Part shown: piece by piece, positions 54,681-64,000 of the stretch
Layout of the letters: each line of letters begins with the position of its first letter
Position numbering within the stretch: the stretch's first letter is position 1
NCBI GenBank assembly: GCA_020184695.1
Contig: JAANOX010000269.1
Location: 186,001-250,000, forward strand
DNA length: 64,000 nt
Direction: 5' to 3'
From: Histomonas meleagridis 2922-C6/04-290x
Taxonomy: Eukaryota; Protista; Parabasalia
Notes under the pieces: model-generated
Told to the model about the DNA's origin: nothing
The model's database searches: none
The model's input: only the letters and a program-made list of their open reading frames with translations
Made by a program: the position numbers and the translations under genes

Positions 54681-56054
54681 ATGCTGTTCTTGTCTTTAAT
54701 AGGCATTGTTGCGTCACACAAAACAATGCCCGCATACCGCCTTTTGCAATACACATCCAATATTTCAAATTCAACGGTGTTAGGATCAACTCGCGTATCA
54801 ATTGATTCACAAATTCAAAAACTTGGTTCCAAGCCAGATTCCAAAAAAGCTGTTTTTATTCCATTAAAAGATGCCGATGTCGAAACTGTTGCTTCATATA
54901 TAAACGCGTCATCTCCAATAATTTTTCAAGTCGACGATAAAGTAAGTGACACAAATGAACTTGAAGACTTCCTTTTAAGCGGCATGCAAAAGGCTCCAAT
55001 TTATTTTATTTTTGGCAAAAATGAAATTCCATCTGAATTTTCATACGTAAAAACAGTAGATATAAAAGCAAATAATCCAATTAAAAAGACCAAAATGCAA
55101 AACGTCATTGGCATAATAAACTCCAGTAGGACATATGGACAAGAAAAAATTGCAATAATTACAGCAGCTTTAGACAGCTTTTCAACAGCTCCATCAGCAC
55201 CAATTGGAGCCAATAGCAACGGTATTTCTCTTGCAGCACTTCTTGAAATCATGCGTCAAGTTTCCAAATTCCCAATTACCAACAACTGGGTATTTATCTT
55301 TGCTCTTACTGATGGTAACTACTGTGGGTATGAAGGTCTTGAGAAGTATCTCAGTGCATTGTCAGCAGTTCATTCTTCAAAGATCAAATTTGCTGTATCA
55401 TTAGAATCCATTTCTTCTCCCAAACTCCGCGGTGTCTTTGGTCAGCGTCTTCGTCGTGATTCTGCTTTTGCAAATTTCATGTACAGTTTACTCGACGCAC
55501 TGAAAACGGTTGGCATTCAATTTGACAGCGGTTTGAACGATGAGGAGCACTTTTCTCAGCTATCGTTCAACAAACACCTCATCAACTCAATTGCGATCTT
55601 AAATCAAGATGGAGATCGAATTTCTCGAGTAACTGATACTGTTCCTAATGTAACCCGTGCAAATGATATTGCTTGGGCTGTCTCAGAAGGATTACTTCGT
55701 ATGATGTATAACGCAGATAATACAGCAACAATGATAGACCGCGATTCAGTTGATACATCAAAGTGGGCAGATATAATCGCAAATGTACCAAGAATGTCTG
55801 CATTTAGAGATCAGACATTTTCTCAGGTAATCCTTCAATGGATGAAAAAGTTTACACCATCAGCAACAATTGATGAGTGGACATCAAACAAATGTATAGC
55901 ACCATATACAGCAGCTTCAGCAACACTCGTATTCTATAATAGGGTCTCATTCAAGAAATTAGCAATGCTTTTCATAGTTGGTGTTGCATATGGAGTAGCT
56001 GCGCTTCTCTTAACTGGCCGGAAGAAGGTCTTTGAGCTGTTGTCACACAAGTAA
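54681..56054 (+). CDS. NCLN: Nicalin (M28-peptidase-like, BOS complex)
   Basis: Signal peptide, AYRLLQY, TAALDSFSTAPSAPIGANSNGISLAALLEI (nicalin signature) and a C-terminal TM. Confidence 0.88.
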   Translation: MLFLSLIGIVASHKTMPAYRLLQYTSNISNSTVLGSTRVSIDSQIQKLGSKPDSKKAVFIPLKDADVETVASYINASSPIIFQVDDKVSDTNELEDFLLSGMQKAPIYFIFGKNEIPSEFSYVKTVDIKANNPIKKTKMQNVIGIINSSRTYGQEKIAIITAALDSFSTAPSAPIGANSNGISLAALLEIMRQVSKFPITNNWVFIFALTDGNYCGYEGLEKYLSALSAVHSSKIKFAVSLESISSPKLRGVFGQRLRRDSAFANFMYSLLDALKTVGIQFDSGLNDEEHFSQLSFNKHLINSIAILNQDGDRISRVTDTVPNVTRANDIAWAVSEGLLRMMYNADNTATMIDRDSVDTSKWADIIANVPRMSAFRDQTFSQVILQWMKKFTPSATIDEWTSNKCIAPYTAASATLVFYNRVSFKKLAMLFIVGVAYGVAALLLTGRKKVFELLSHK

Positions 56055-56333
56055 ACAAAACAGATTAATAAGAATTTTTTACACTTCCCAAACAAAGCAT
56101 ACCAGCACTAGTTTTTTGAAATTTAGCAAACATATGTCCTACAAATAAATTTGTTTGTCGGAATTGTTCATTGTTCAAATTTTTATTACATTAAATAACC
56201 GTCGAATTTTGGATCCATATTAATCGATTAATTTGGTAAAACGACGTTGTTTGTTTTATCGTTATTCATTGAAATTTTATTTACAACAGTTCTATGCACA
56301 CAAAAAGTTATACAAGGGGTTTTAAACAAAGTG

Positions 56334-56759
56334 ATGGTTCAACCCAGCTTTGCCTTTTTTCTTTTGGCTGTATTAGGATGCTGCGCGCAAAAGTCAGATG
56401 AAGAAGCATCCAACAACAAAAAATGGCATGATACAGTTAAAATTGTATCAATGGTATCTCTTCCGATCGTTTTAATTATTGTTGCAGGACTAACAATAAA
56501 ATGTTGTACAAGCAAAGATGATCCAGAGTGTTGTGGGTGTCTTAGTTGTTGCATTGATGATGTTGAAGGATGCTGTCAAAAGTGTTTTCACTTGTCGATT
56601 CCTTGCTGCTGCACAATTAACGATGAAGATTTCTGCTGCAAATGTTTGTGCAACTGCCATAATAATTTTACAAATGATTGTTGTTATTGGTGCGAAATTC
56701 CAATATGCTGGGACTTTTATGTTTGGTGGGAAGATCACTGTTGCAGCTGTATTGAATGA
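56334..56759 (+). CDS. Small single-pass membrane protein with an extremely Cys-rich tail
   Basis: ATG 56334, signal peptide, TM IVSMVSLPIVLIIVAGLTI, then 25 Cys in the last 86 aa. Confidence 0.7.
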   Translation: MVQPSFAFFLLAVLGCCAQKSDEEASNNKKWHDTVKIVSMVSLPIVLIIVAGLTIKCCTSKDDPECCGCLSCCIDDVEGCCQKCFHLSIPCCCTINDEDFCCKCLCNCHNNFTNDCCYWCEIPICWDFYVWWEDHCCSCIE

Positions 56760-56909
56760 GCTACGCGTAATTTGTTTAAACGGAAATTCATATTTTGATT
56801 CTGAATTGATCAATAATCGAACATGTTATATAAATATATTCATTCCAATGTTTTAGTAAGTTTATTATTTATTCGTAAGCTAAAAGGTACATTTTTTTCT
56901 TGATGTAAC

Positions 56910-58187
56910 TCAAATCATAATGTTCATGATCATGGATATTTCACTTTCCTTCTGATCTTCATCTTCCTTTTCCTTTCTATACAACTCAAGTGCTTTATTT
57001 GGCATCATTCCATAGATGCATTTTATCTTTAAATTTTGGAAAACATGTGATTGCTTTGAAGCATTCTTCGCATCATTGATGGACTTAAAGGTAAGAATAG
57101 CGTACACTTCGTTTTTGGACTTTTTGATATTTATATTAGAAGCATTGGGATACAGCGCCCTTAAGTCTTTGCTTGTGACCGATGGGTGCAAATTGAATGC
57201 GATAACCGAAAAGTGGCACAGAAAACCGACTTCAAGTGGAGCTTTCTGTTCTTTAAGCGCTTTGAGAGCGTTGCTTGCATCTTCATGTGTGTAGTATTGA
57301 ACAATACCGTACGTACCATTAGGTGATTGTTGTACAATAGCATGGTGAAGATTTCCAAATTGTTTGAAGAAATGATATAGATCAAAAGATGATGCTGTTT
57401 CAACAATTCTTTTAACAATGATTTGGAACTCATTCATAGATTTGCGTGTATCACTGTCAAGAAAATGCATTGCAATAATTTCATTTCCATCAACAATAGC
57501 TCCATTGAAATATTTAATGGAATTATTGGCGTCTATGTTGTTTGCAAAAGAAATACTGACAGTTTGCGTTGAATCTATTGAATTATGATATTTGATTCCA
57601 GTTCTTTTGATTGGGCATTTGAAATTTTCAAACTCTTTTACCCTAAAGTCAAGAGGTAAATTGGAAACAGTTATCACAGGAATTTCAATGGAATTTGTGG
57701 AAATTGTAATATTTACATTTTTCACTTTAACATATGGTAAAAATGTGTAAATCAAATGAGCAAGTGATTTCTTGCGAACAGTGATTGCTGCAACCATCGG
57801 ATTATTTGTTGGTTGAATATCAAATGCATCGGAATTTGTGGAAAATTTCTCCAAAAAATCGTGTACTGCAACGCAAATATCAGAACTTGTTGAAAAATTT
57901 GTTATATAAATAACGTCAAACAAGTTGATTGTTGATATATCAAAATCAATTGGAATAATATTCGTATTAATGATTGGTTTAGTTGAGAATGAATTTAACT
58001 CTGATACTACGAAAGAAAATGATTGTGGATACTTGAAAGTTATTAAGAGTAAGTTTGGACAATCAGGAATATTTATCACTTCTCTTATGAAAGATAAATA
58101 TGGATCTAGCTTAGATTTGAATTCTTCATAGTTAAAATCAGCTTGAATATCATTGATCAAATATTGTAAGTAGGTCTTTTCTTCCAT
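56910..58187 (-). CDS. Multi-RRM RNA-binding protein
   Basis: RRM-like units ITVSNLP...VSISFAN, IIVKRI...GTYGIVQYYTHEDA and VIAFNLHPSVTSKDL...VYAILTFKSINDA. Confidence 0.82.
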   Translation of the reverse strand: MEEKTYLQYLINDIQADFNYEEFKSKLDPYLSFIREVINIPDCPNLLLITFKYPQSFSFVVSELNSFSTKPIINTNIIPIDFDISTINLFDVIYITNFSTSSDICVAVHDFLEKFSTNSDAFDIQPTNNPMVAAITVRKKSLAHLIYTFLPYVKVKNVNITISTNSIEIPVITVSNLPLDFRVKEFENFKCPIKRTGIKYHNSIDSTQTVSISFANNIDANNSIKYFNGAIVDGNEIIAMHFLDSDTRKSMNEFQIIVKRIVETASSFDLYHFFKQFGNLHHAIVQQSPNGTYGIVQYYTHEDASNALKALKEQKAPLEVGFLCHFSVIAFNLHPSVTSKDLRALYPNASNINIKKSKNEVYAILTFKSINDAKNASKQSHVFQNLKIKCIYGMMPNKALELYRKEKEDEDQKESEISMIMNIMI

Positions 58188-58208
58188 TTGGAGTACGTTA
58201 AATCAAAT

Positions 58209-58216
58209 AAACGGCT
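58209..58216 (-). promoter_or_regulatory. M3-like core promoter motif AGCCGTTT
   Basis: Lies 22-29 nt upstream of ATG 58187. Confidence 0.45.
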
Positions 58217-58469
58217 GTTAGTTGGCCAACAGCTTCGATAAGGGTTTTGATTGCTTTACTTGGCGAATGTTCTTTGATAATTGAAACTGCTTGAACATTT
58301 AAAGACAATTTTTAAGCAATTAAAATTTAACTTTCAATTTCGAATTTTGGTAATATAATGAAATTGTTGTTAACTCATGGAAAATTTAAATAAAAATCCT
58401 GAAATATTTTTTTATTTATTTGTTGTTAACAGATAGCAAATTAGCACAAGAAATTAATTTGCGTTGCGC

Positions 58470-58958
58470 TTATTTAAGTGTTATGTAGTCAAGCGCAGTT
58501 TGAACAGTTGAAAGATTATCATCAAACCATTTAACAATTTGAGGCTTTCTTTTCAATTTTTTCTTGTTAAATTCGATACCAGTATAAGCAGATAATATAC
58601 GAGCAATAAGAGAAAGTTCACCTTTCATTAAATTTCCCCATTTAGAATCAATTATTTCCCATGCCTTTGATTCCTTATAATTAAAATCACATACATCAAG
58701 CTTTTTATGTGTTTCATTGTTTTTTTGAGACTCCATTAAATTCTTTTCGCCTTTTTCTTTTTTATCAATTCTTGTTTCAAAATTTCCCTGTAAAATAGTT
58801 TGATGTAAATTTCTATCTGGATTGCTGCTGATGTTTAAGAGACACTCTTCCTGGCTTCCCATTATGAAAATGAGGTTCAGATCAAATTGAAAAAAGATTA
58901 CTTTTAAAAAAACCGTTTCAATAGAATATTGAATGGGATTTTTGTCATGTTTTGACAT
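58470..58958 (-). CDS. Parabasalid-expanded small protein with a C-terminal helical (putative DNA-binding) domain
   Basis: ELSLIARILSAYTGIEFNKKKLKRKPQIVKWFDDNL resembles the recurrent trichomonad KRxxxxxxKWFxxN domain. The true start could be 58862. Confidence 0.6.
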   Translation of the reverse strand: MSKHDKNPIQYSIETVFLKVIFFQFDLNLIFIMGSQEECLLNISSNPDRNLHQTILQGNFETRIDKKEKGEKNLMESQKNNETHKKLDVCDFNYKESKAWEIIDSKWGNLMKGELSLIARILSAYTGIEFNKKKLKRKPQIVKWFDDNLSTVQTALDYITLK

Positions 58959-59336
58959 TTTTGTGAGAAGGGTTCCTGTGAAATAACAAAAAAAAAAAAA
59001 CGAAAGAGAGTGAGCAAGTCCGAATCAAAAATATTTTTGATTGTTTATTCTAAACAATTCATATGATAGATTTTTCAAAACATTATAATTCAATAATTTA
59101 ACTAAAGCAATTATAAATTTAAATTATATCAATCAAAATATATCAGATATTCCGAATTTTTCGAAAAGAACCCTACATTGATAGTTCTAAAAAGGCCATT
59201 AAACAAAAGGTTTTAAGTCACATACGAATAAAAGGAAACAATTTTTAGTGGTAAAAAAACAATATGTAAACCAATCAAAATATCGGTTTCGTCACTTTTC
59301 AAACAACAAAATTTCGATAATTTCGTAAACAGTTGT

Positions 59337-60608
59337 TTACTGACTTTGTTGTCTTAAAGTCTTCAGTTTCTCTTGTAACGCCTCATAAAGTTGTACCGCC
59401 TCAGGACATTTTGACTGCATTTTTGCCAATTCTTTTTGGGATAATTCCCATTTTTGTGTTTGAGTAGAGACTGCCTTTGATATAATTTTCAAATCCTTTA
59501 CAGGTTCTAATGCAGTTTTATGTACACATCCCCAATTATTGTTATAAACAGAAATTGTCCAGCCGTCGCAATCCTCGGCGACCGTTTGTACGATAGCTCC
59601 TTGGGGAACGTTAAGAACAAACGGGTAATCTGTCTGAAGTTGCATTGTGATTAAATTAAACGATGTAACACCAGTAGAGTTATAATACATCAATGGGTTA
59701 TCACCAAAGATCTCATCATAGTTCTCAATAATGCTAGTACATAAGGATTGTTGAATTGATGACTCTGTAAAAGCTTCATTACTATTACCTTCCTCAGAAT
59801 AAATAAGAGAAGGCCCTACACATACTGAAATGGCTCGGGCATCCATAAGATTGGTGGCAGAATGCTCCATAACACGACGTAAATGTGCAAAAAGATACGC
59901 AAGAAGACAATAGTTAGAGATTGGAAGAAGCCTCATAAGCGAACGAAGACTTTCGATTTGTTTTTCACGTGAAAGTGTCGGAAGTGTCTTTAATTTCTCG
60001 ATATTTTGTGGTGGGATGATTGATGTGGAAAGTGTTCGTAAAAATAACTTAACAGTGCCTGTAGCATCATGGCAATGAGTGAATTCAACATCTTTGTTGG
60101 CATTTACTGCTTCTACGGTTTCTTCATATTTGACTGACGATCCATTATGTCGGTAAATTCCTTCGTCATCGAGATGGCTTTCTTCAATAAACTTAATTGC
60201 TTTGACAATGAAATAAGGAACTGGAAGATAGCAGCCAACTTTATTTGGATTAACCATAGTGGCATTAAATAGCCTTTGTTTGAAGACAGTGATAACTGTA
60301 CATTGACGAATAGCATCCATCCATTCTTGACGTTCTTTATTTGTTGATGCACGGATTAAAAAGTCTGGCCGTTTTGCATTGACAGAAGGTGGAACGTGTA
60401 AAAGAAAGTAAAATCCTGGATCACCTGTTGATTGCTCATTTGTAACAACGCAATCAATTAATGGAATTGATCCAAGCTTTTCTTTAAGACTTTGATCTTT
60501 ATAATACTCAAGTGATTTGGATCGTAGAGCAAAATGCCTACGCTTCCAACTATGAACAGAGCCTCCTTTTTTTTCAAGGAATCCTTTTTTTATAATTTCG
60601 TCGCTCAT
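59337..60608 (-). CDS. PH + RhoGAP + degenerate SH3 protein
   Basis: PH: IIKKGFLEKKGGSVHSWKRRHFAL...ERQEWMDAI. GAP: EGIYRHNG and NLMDARAISVCVGPSL. SH3-like: LNVPQGAIVQTVAEDCDGWTISVYNNNWGCV. Confidence 0.9.
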   Translation of the reverse strand: MSDEIIKKGFLEKKGGSVHSWKRRHFALRSKSLEYYKDQSLKEKLGSIPLIDCVVTNEQSTGDPGFYFLLHVPPSVNAKRPDFLIRASTNKERQEWMDAIRQCTVITVFKQRLFNATMVNPNKVGCYLPVPYFIVKAIKFIEESHLDDEGIYRHNGSSVKYEETVEAVNANKDVEFTHCHDATGTVKLFLRTLSTSIIPPQNIEKLKTLPTLSREKQIESLRSLMRLLPISNYCLLAYLFAHLRRVMEHSATNLMDARAISVCVGPSLIYSEEGNSNEAFTESSIQQSLCTSIIENYDEIFGDNPLMYYNSTGVTSFNLITMQLQTDYPFVLNVPQGAIVQTVAEDCDGWTISVYNNNWGCVHKTALEPVKDLKIISKAVSTQTQKWELSQKELAKMQSKCPEAVQLYEALQEKLKTLRQQSQ

Positions 60609-61312
60609 TCTGTTTTTGGAGACAACTTTTTGATAATTTTATTGAAATAAACGGACAGATAAACTCAGAAAATTTTATTTGTGGCGAAATATGCCATGTC
60701 ACATGACAGATAAAATTAGTAACAAAGCATTGTATATATACAAAATTCTTTTATTTTGTAACGTAATATTCTCAATTACTTATCAATCTATTTCATTTAT
60801 CAGATTAAAATAAATTTTTCATAAAATCTATAAAAAATTATATTCAACAAGGTTCTTACTTTTTTTACTACTCCATTTCTCAAATTTAAAAACTTAATAT
60901 AAAAATATCAATGAAGAATATAAAATATATTTAAAGGTCTGACATTATGCCTTTTTTTTCGAATAAAAGGAAATATTAGTAATGATAATTTTGAAAAAAT
61001 CTAGATGAATACTTACCATAAATATTCCAAGTATTGAAGAAGAAAGGGACATCTTTATAACAAGTTATATATGATATGATTGAAAATTTATTGTTCGTAC
61101 AAAATTTATTCGTTGATTAATAATGAATTGTTTAATTCATGAGAACTCAAGACACCATCAAGTAAAACCGTCAAGGGGGAATAAACGCGCTTTTGTTTCC
61201 TTTATTTTAATTATCCTTCCCTTTGAATTCAATTAGCGAGTTCTATATTTTCAAACCATATGAAATATTCTTAGCTTTAGACTCAATATCAATCGATTGG
61301 TTAAAAAAATAT

Positions 61313-61890
61313 TTAAATATCTTTCGCATCAATGTCAATTCCTACTTGTTCAAGAAGTAATTTCACTATTTCAATGTCACCATTTTCAGATGCAATCACA
61401 AGTGTTGTATCAAATTATTCGAATAATCACCAAATATCATATCAATAGATTTCTGATGTATAAAATACTTGACAAGCTCAATATTACCAAAATTATTTTC
61501 TATAATAAAATCACTAATAAGATTTATATTTCCAATTTGCAAATTAATGTTTCATTGGTTTCTATTCCTTCTTTTATCAAAAAAAGAAAGAATTTCAAAA
61601 TTACAATATGTTATGCATTTATCTCCTAAAGTTTCTAGTTTTATAATGTCTTTGATACCATATTTATTATAAAGATAATAAAATATATCATTTAGATGAA
61701 ATATAATTGAATTATCATATGATATATCTGAATATTTACAATTTTGCTCACAAAGATGAAAAATTTCAAGATTCCCACCTGCAACAGCATATTTATATGT
61801 TTTTTCTATTTTTGCACCATTCAGAAGTAAATGTTTAAAACATTAAATAGATCCAAAAAATGCTGCATAATCAATTAATGTAACATTGAA
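61313..61890 (-). pseudogene. Third, heavily decayed copy of the same ankyrin family
   Basis: Fragments NVTLIDYAAFFGSIKCFKHLLLNGAKIEKTYKYAVAGGNLEIFHLCEQN (~61887-61740), GNIELVKYF and TTLVIASENGDIEIVKLLLEQVGIDIDAKDI* (61408-61313). The 3' half of the intervening sequence is at 61409-61431. Confidence 0.75.
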
Positions 61891-62282
61891 ATATCAATTT
61901 AATTATTTTTGTTTTTTTTATCACGATTCTTCATAGCATAATTACATTGAACAAATTATTTTCCCCAAATTATTTTTTATAAGATTACAAAATTTTATCG
62001 ATAATAATTACATTATTAATACATTGCATTATATCAATTTACACCTCTGTTTTACGACAAATATATTTTCATGTTTTTATTATTTGTTAAAAGATTTTTT
62101 GGTTAATTTAAATTTACTAAAGCGAAAGACTTACAAAATTTTCTTTTATTTATTCTCTTTTTTTATGAAATCTTTTGAATCATTTGATTCATCAACTAAA
62201 CGCTCACTATTTCATCTTTAAGTGAATATTCTGAAAGAAATACATATAGAACTCAAGCACAAGATCTTATTATTGAAAGGGT

Positions 62283-63664
62283 GTTGAAGAAATCAATGCT
62301 TATGCTTTTGAGGAATGGATTTATCTTAAATCAGTTACATCAATTAGAAGTGCTGCATTTTATCGATGTGCATCATTAATTAATATTACAATACCAAATT
62401 CGATTCCTTCATTTGCAAGTTTTCTATTTTATCAGTGTGAATCATTGGTAAGCATTCCAATACCAAATACAGTTACATCAATTGGAAGTTCTGCGTTTCG
62501 TGATTGTATGGCGTTAATTGATATTACAATTCCGAATTTAATTACAATAATTAAAAGTTATGTAATTTATGGATGAGAATCATTTGTATATTTCATAATA
62601 CCAAATTCAATTACTTCAATTGGAAGTAATGCATTTGCATATTGTAGAAAATTGGAAATAATTAAAATTAGCGAAAATGTTGCAACAATTGGAAGTTCTT
62701 CATTTGAGTGATGTCTTAATTTAGTAACGATTAAAATTGGCGAAAATGTCACAACAATTGGAGATTATGCATTTCAATATTGTAACAATTTAATTTGTAT
62801 TTATTTCACAGGCAATAAATCGCCATCAGATATAAGTTCAAATGCATTTTCACTTGTGCCAGCACAATATGTTATTACATCAGATTTGTATGAAGATGAA
62901 ACATTTCCGTATCGAAAGGTTCATCTATTGAAGGATGCGATCAATATCCCTGGCCTACGCAAAAATTCACACAGTCAAATACATTAACAAAGTCAAATAC
63001 ATATTTTCCAAGTAATATATTTACTGAATCAAATACATATTCTCAGAGTAATACATTTTCTAATTCATTTTTAGAATCAAACACATTTACTGAGACAAAT
63101 ACTTTTACTAACACGAGCGTATACGCAATCATTAACATTTTCTAATTCGAATGCTTTCACTAATTTAAATACATTTACACAGTTACTGCAATATAATACA
63201 TCTTTTGTTCACACATTATTCATTACGTAATCGATTACGCAAACAATTATATCCAAAACTGTGATTACAAATACTATTTCTCTTACGTTCATTAATTCTT
63301 CATATTGTGTTAAAACATTTTTATCTATTATTAATATATAATTCTTGAATATTTTTCATACATTTCATATTATACTGGTTTATATACTATTATAAAACAA
63401 AATGAAATGAATAACAATATGAATAACAAACAAATTATTTTAATTATTACTTGTGTTTATGTTATAGTAATTATCATTGTTATATTCTCTATAATATTAA
63501 TTATTCATAAAAAACGAAGTAATGAAGCAGAAAACATGAAAGAAGGAAATGTTGATAAAGATAACTTTGACATTTCAATGAATAACTTATCAATAGATAT
63601 CTCGAATATTGAAGAAGATACATTCGCAGTTGATTTCAAAGAAAAGAAATTTAAACATATTTAA
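62283..63664 (+). pseudogene. BspA-like TpLRR surface protein relic (about 9 LRRs, S/T stalk, TM, acidic tail)
   Basis: AFYRCASLINITIPNSI-type repeats with in-frame TGA at 62574 and 62709. The SNTF stalk is frameshifted at ~62970-63130. The TM and tail are in 63407-63664. Confidence 0.82.
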
Positions 63665-64000
63665 ATCAAGTTAATGGAAATTTACTGTTTTTCATTGACT
63701 TAGCTTTATATCGTTGTGTTAAAGCTTCAATGATGTTGAAAATTTATAAAAGATATCGCATAATGAAATAAAATGTTTTTAATATAAATCGTTATGCGTT
63801 TTAAGAACAAAATTTGTTAATAAACATAAAAAATTAAAATTTTTAAATATGTTAAAAAGAAAAATAATACAATTTTTAATCAATGTTTCGTTTGGTTTTG
63901 TTGAACAAATTCGTTTTGGAGAGTTCCCACCCAAAAATTGGAAACTTGAAGAAGATTAAGAAATATGAAACAAACTCAAAGAAAGAGCTGATTGATATGA

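Noticed and set aside
2800-60352. Numerous short ORF-track entries antisense or out-of-frame to real genes (for example 4052-4704, 8169-9539, 12489-13565, 20238-21102, 51467-52259, 56339-57433) and F/I/L-rich intergenic ORFs (19085-19799, 27161-27376, 34727-34915, 42138-42356)
   Set aside because: These are shadow ORFs of genuine CDSs or low-complexity AT-rich translations, often with non-ATG starts and no motifs.
62574-62576. UGA recoding (Cys/Sec/Trp), suggested by TGA at LRR Cys positions here and at 16947
   Set aside because: Both BspA relics also carry frameshifts or other stops, and TGA terminates intact genes in this window (16765, 41103, 56759). Ordinary pseudogene decay is simpler.
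63107-63117. ACTAACACGAG resembling the trichomonad branch/3' splice motif
   Set aside because: It is simply Thr-Asn-Thr codons of the S/T stalk. It is not an exact motif and no suitable upstream 5' site restores the frame.

Overview
Very AT-rich, gene-dense eukaryotic DNA. It is most consistent with a parabasalid (Trichomonas/Tritrichomonas-like; inferred from Inr- and M3-like core-promoter motifs, BspA LRR relics, parabasalid-type ankyrin and Myb genes, and uninterrupted long ORFs). About 25 apparently intact protein genes are present: a GBP/atlastin-like GTPase (partial), a UBA protein, BRAP2, a 2710-aa HECT E3, a CatSper-epsilon-like protein, a CCZ1-like longin protein, an R2R3 Myb, two SNAREs, an endonuclease I, a Chs7-like 7TM protein, CFAP119, PTEN, HID1, two RhoGAPs, nicalin, an RRM protein and several orphan surface proteins. 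There are also decayed copies: two BspA, one importin-beta and two ankyrin. No rRNA, tRNA, CRISPR array or transposase was recognised. The standout signal is in two ankyrin genes (23977-27083 + and 48894-51044 -). Every C-terminal ankyrin repeat is interrupted at the same point, between K-D/N and T-A-L, by a conserved ~80-nt AT-rich stretch (14 copies, plus a partial 15th near 61.4 kb). These stretches break the frame or introduce stops and cannot be removed by GT-AG splicing. The flanking 90-nt modules at locus 1 nevertheless stay perfectly open and ankyrin-like. The consensus Gly of DxxGxTAL is absent from both flanks, but a GGN triplet sits exactly 23 nt before the Thr codon in 14 of 15 copies. 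This suggests an undescribed non-canonical splicing, micro-exon or recoding system. It is inference and needs RNA-seq to test.
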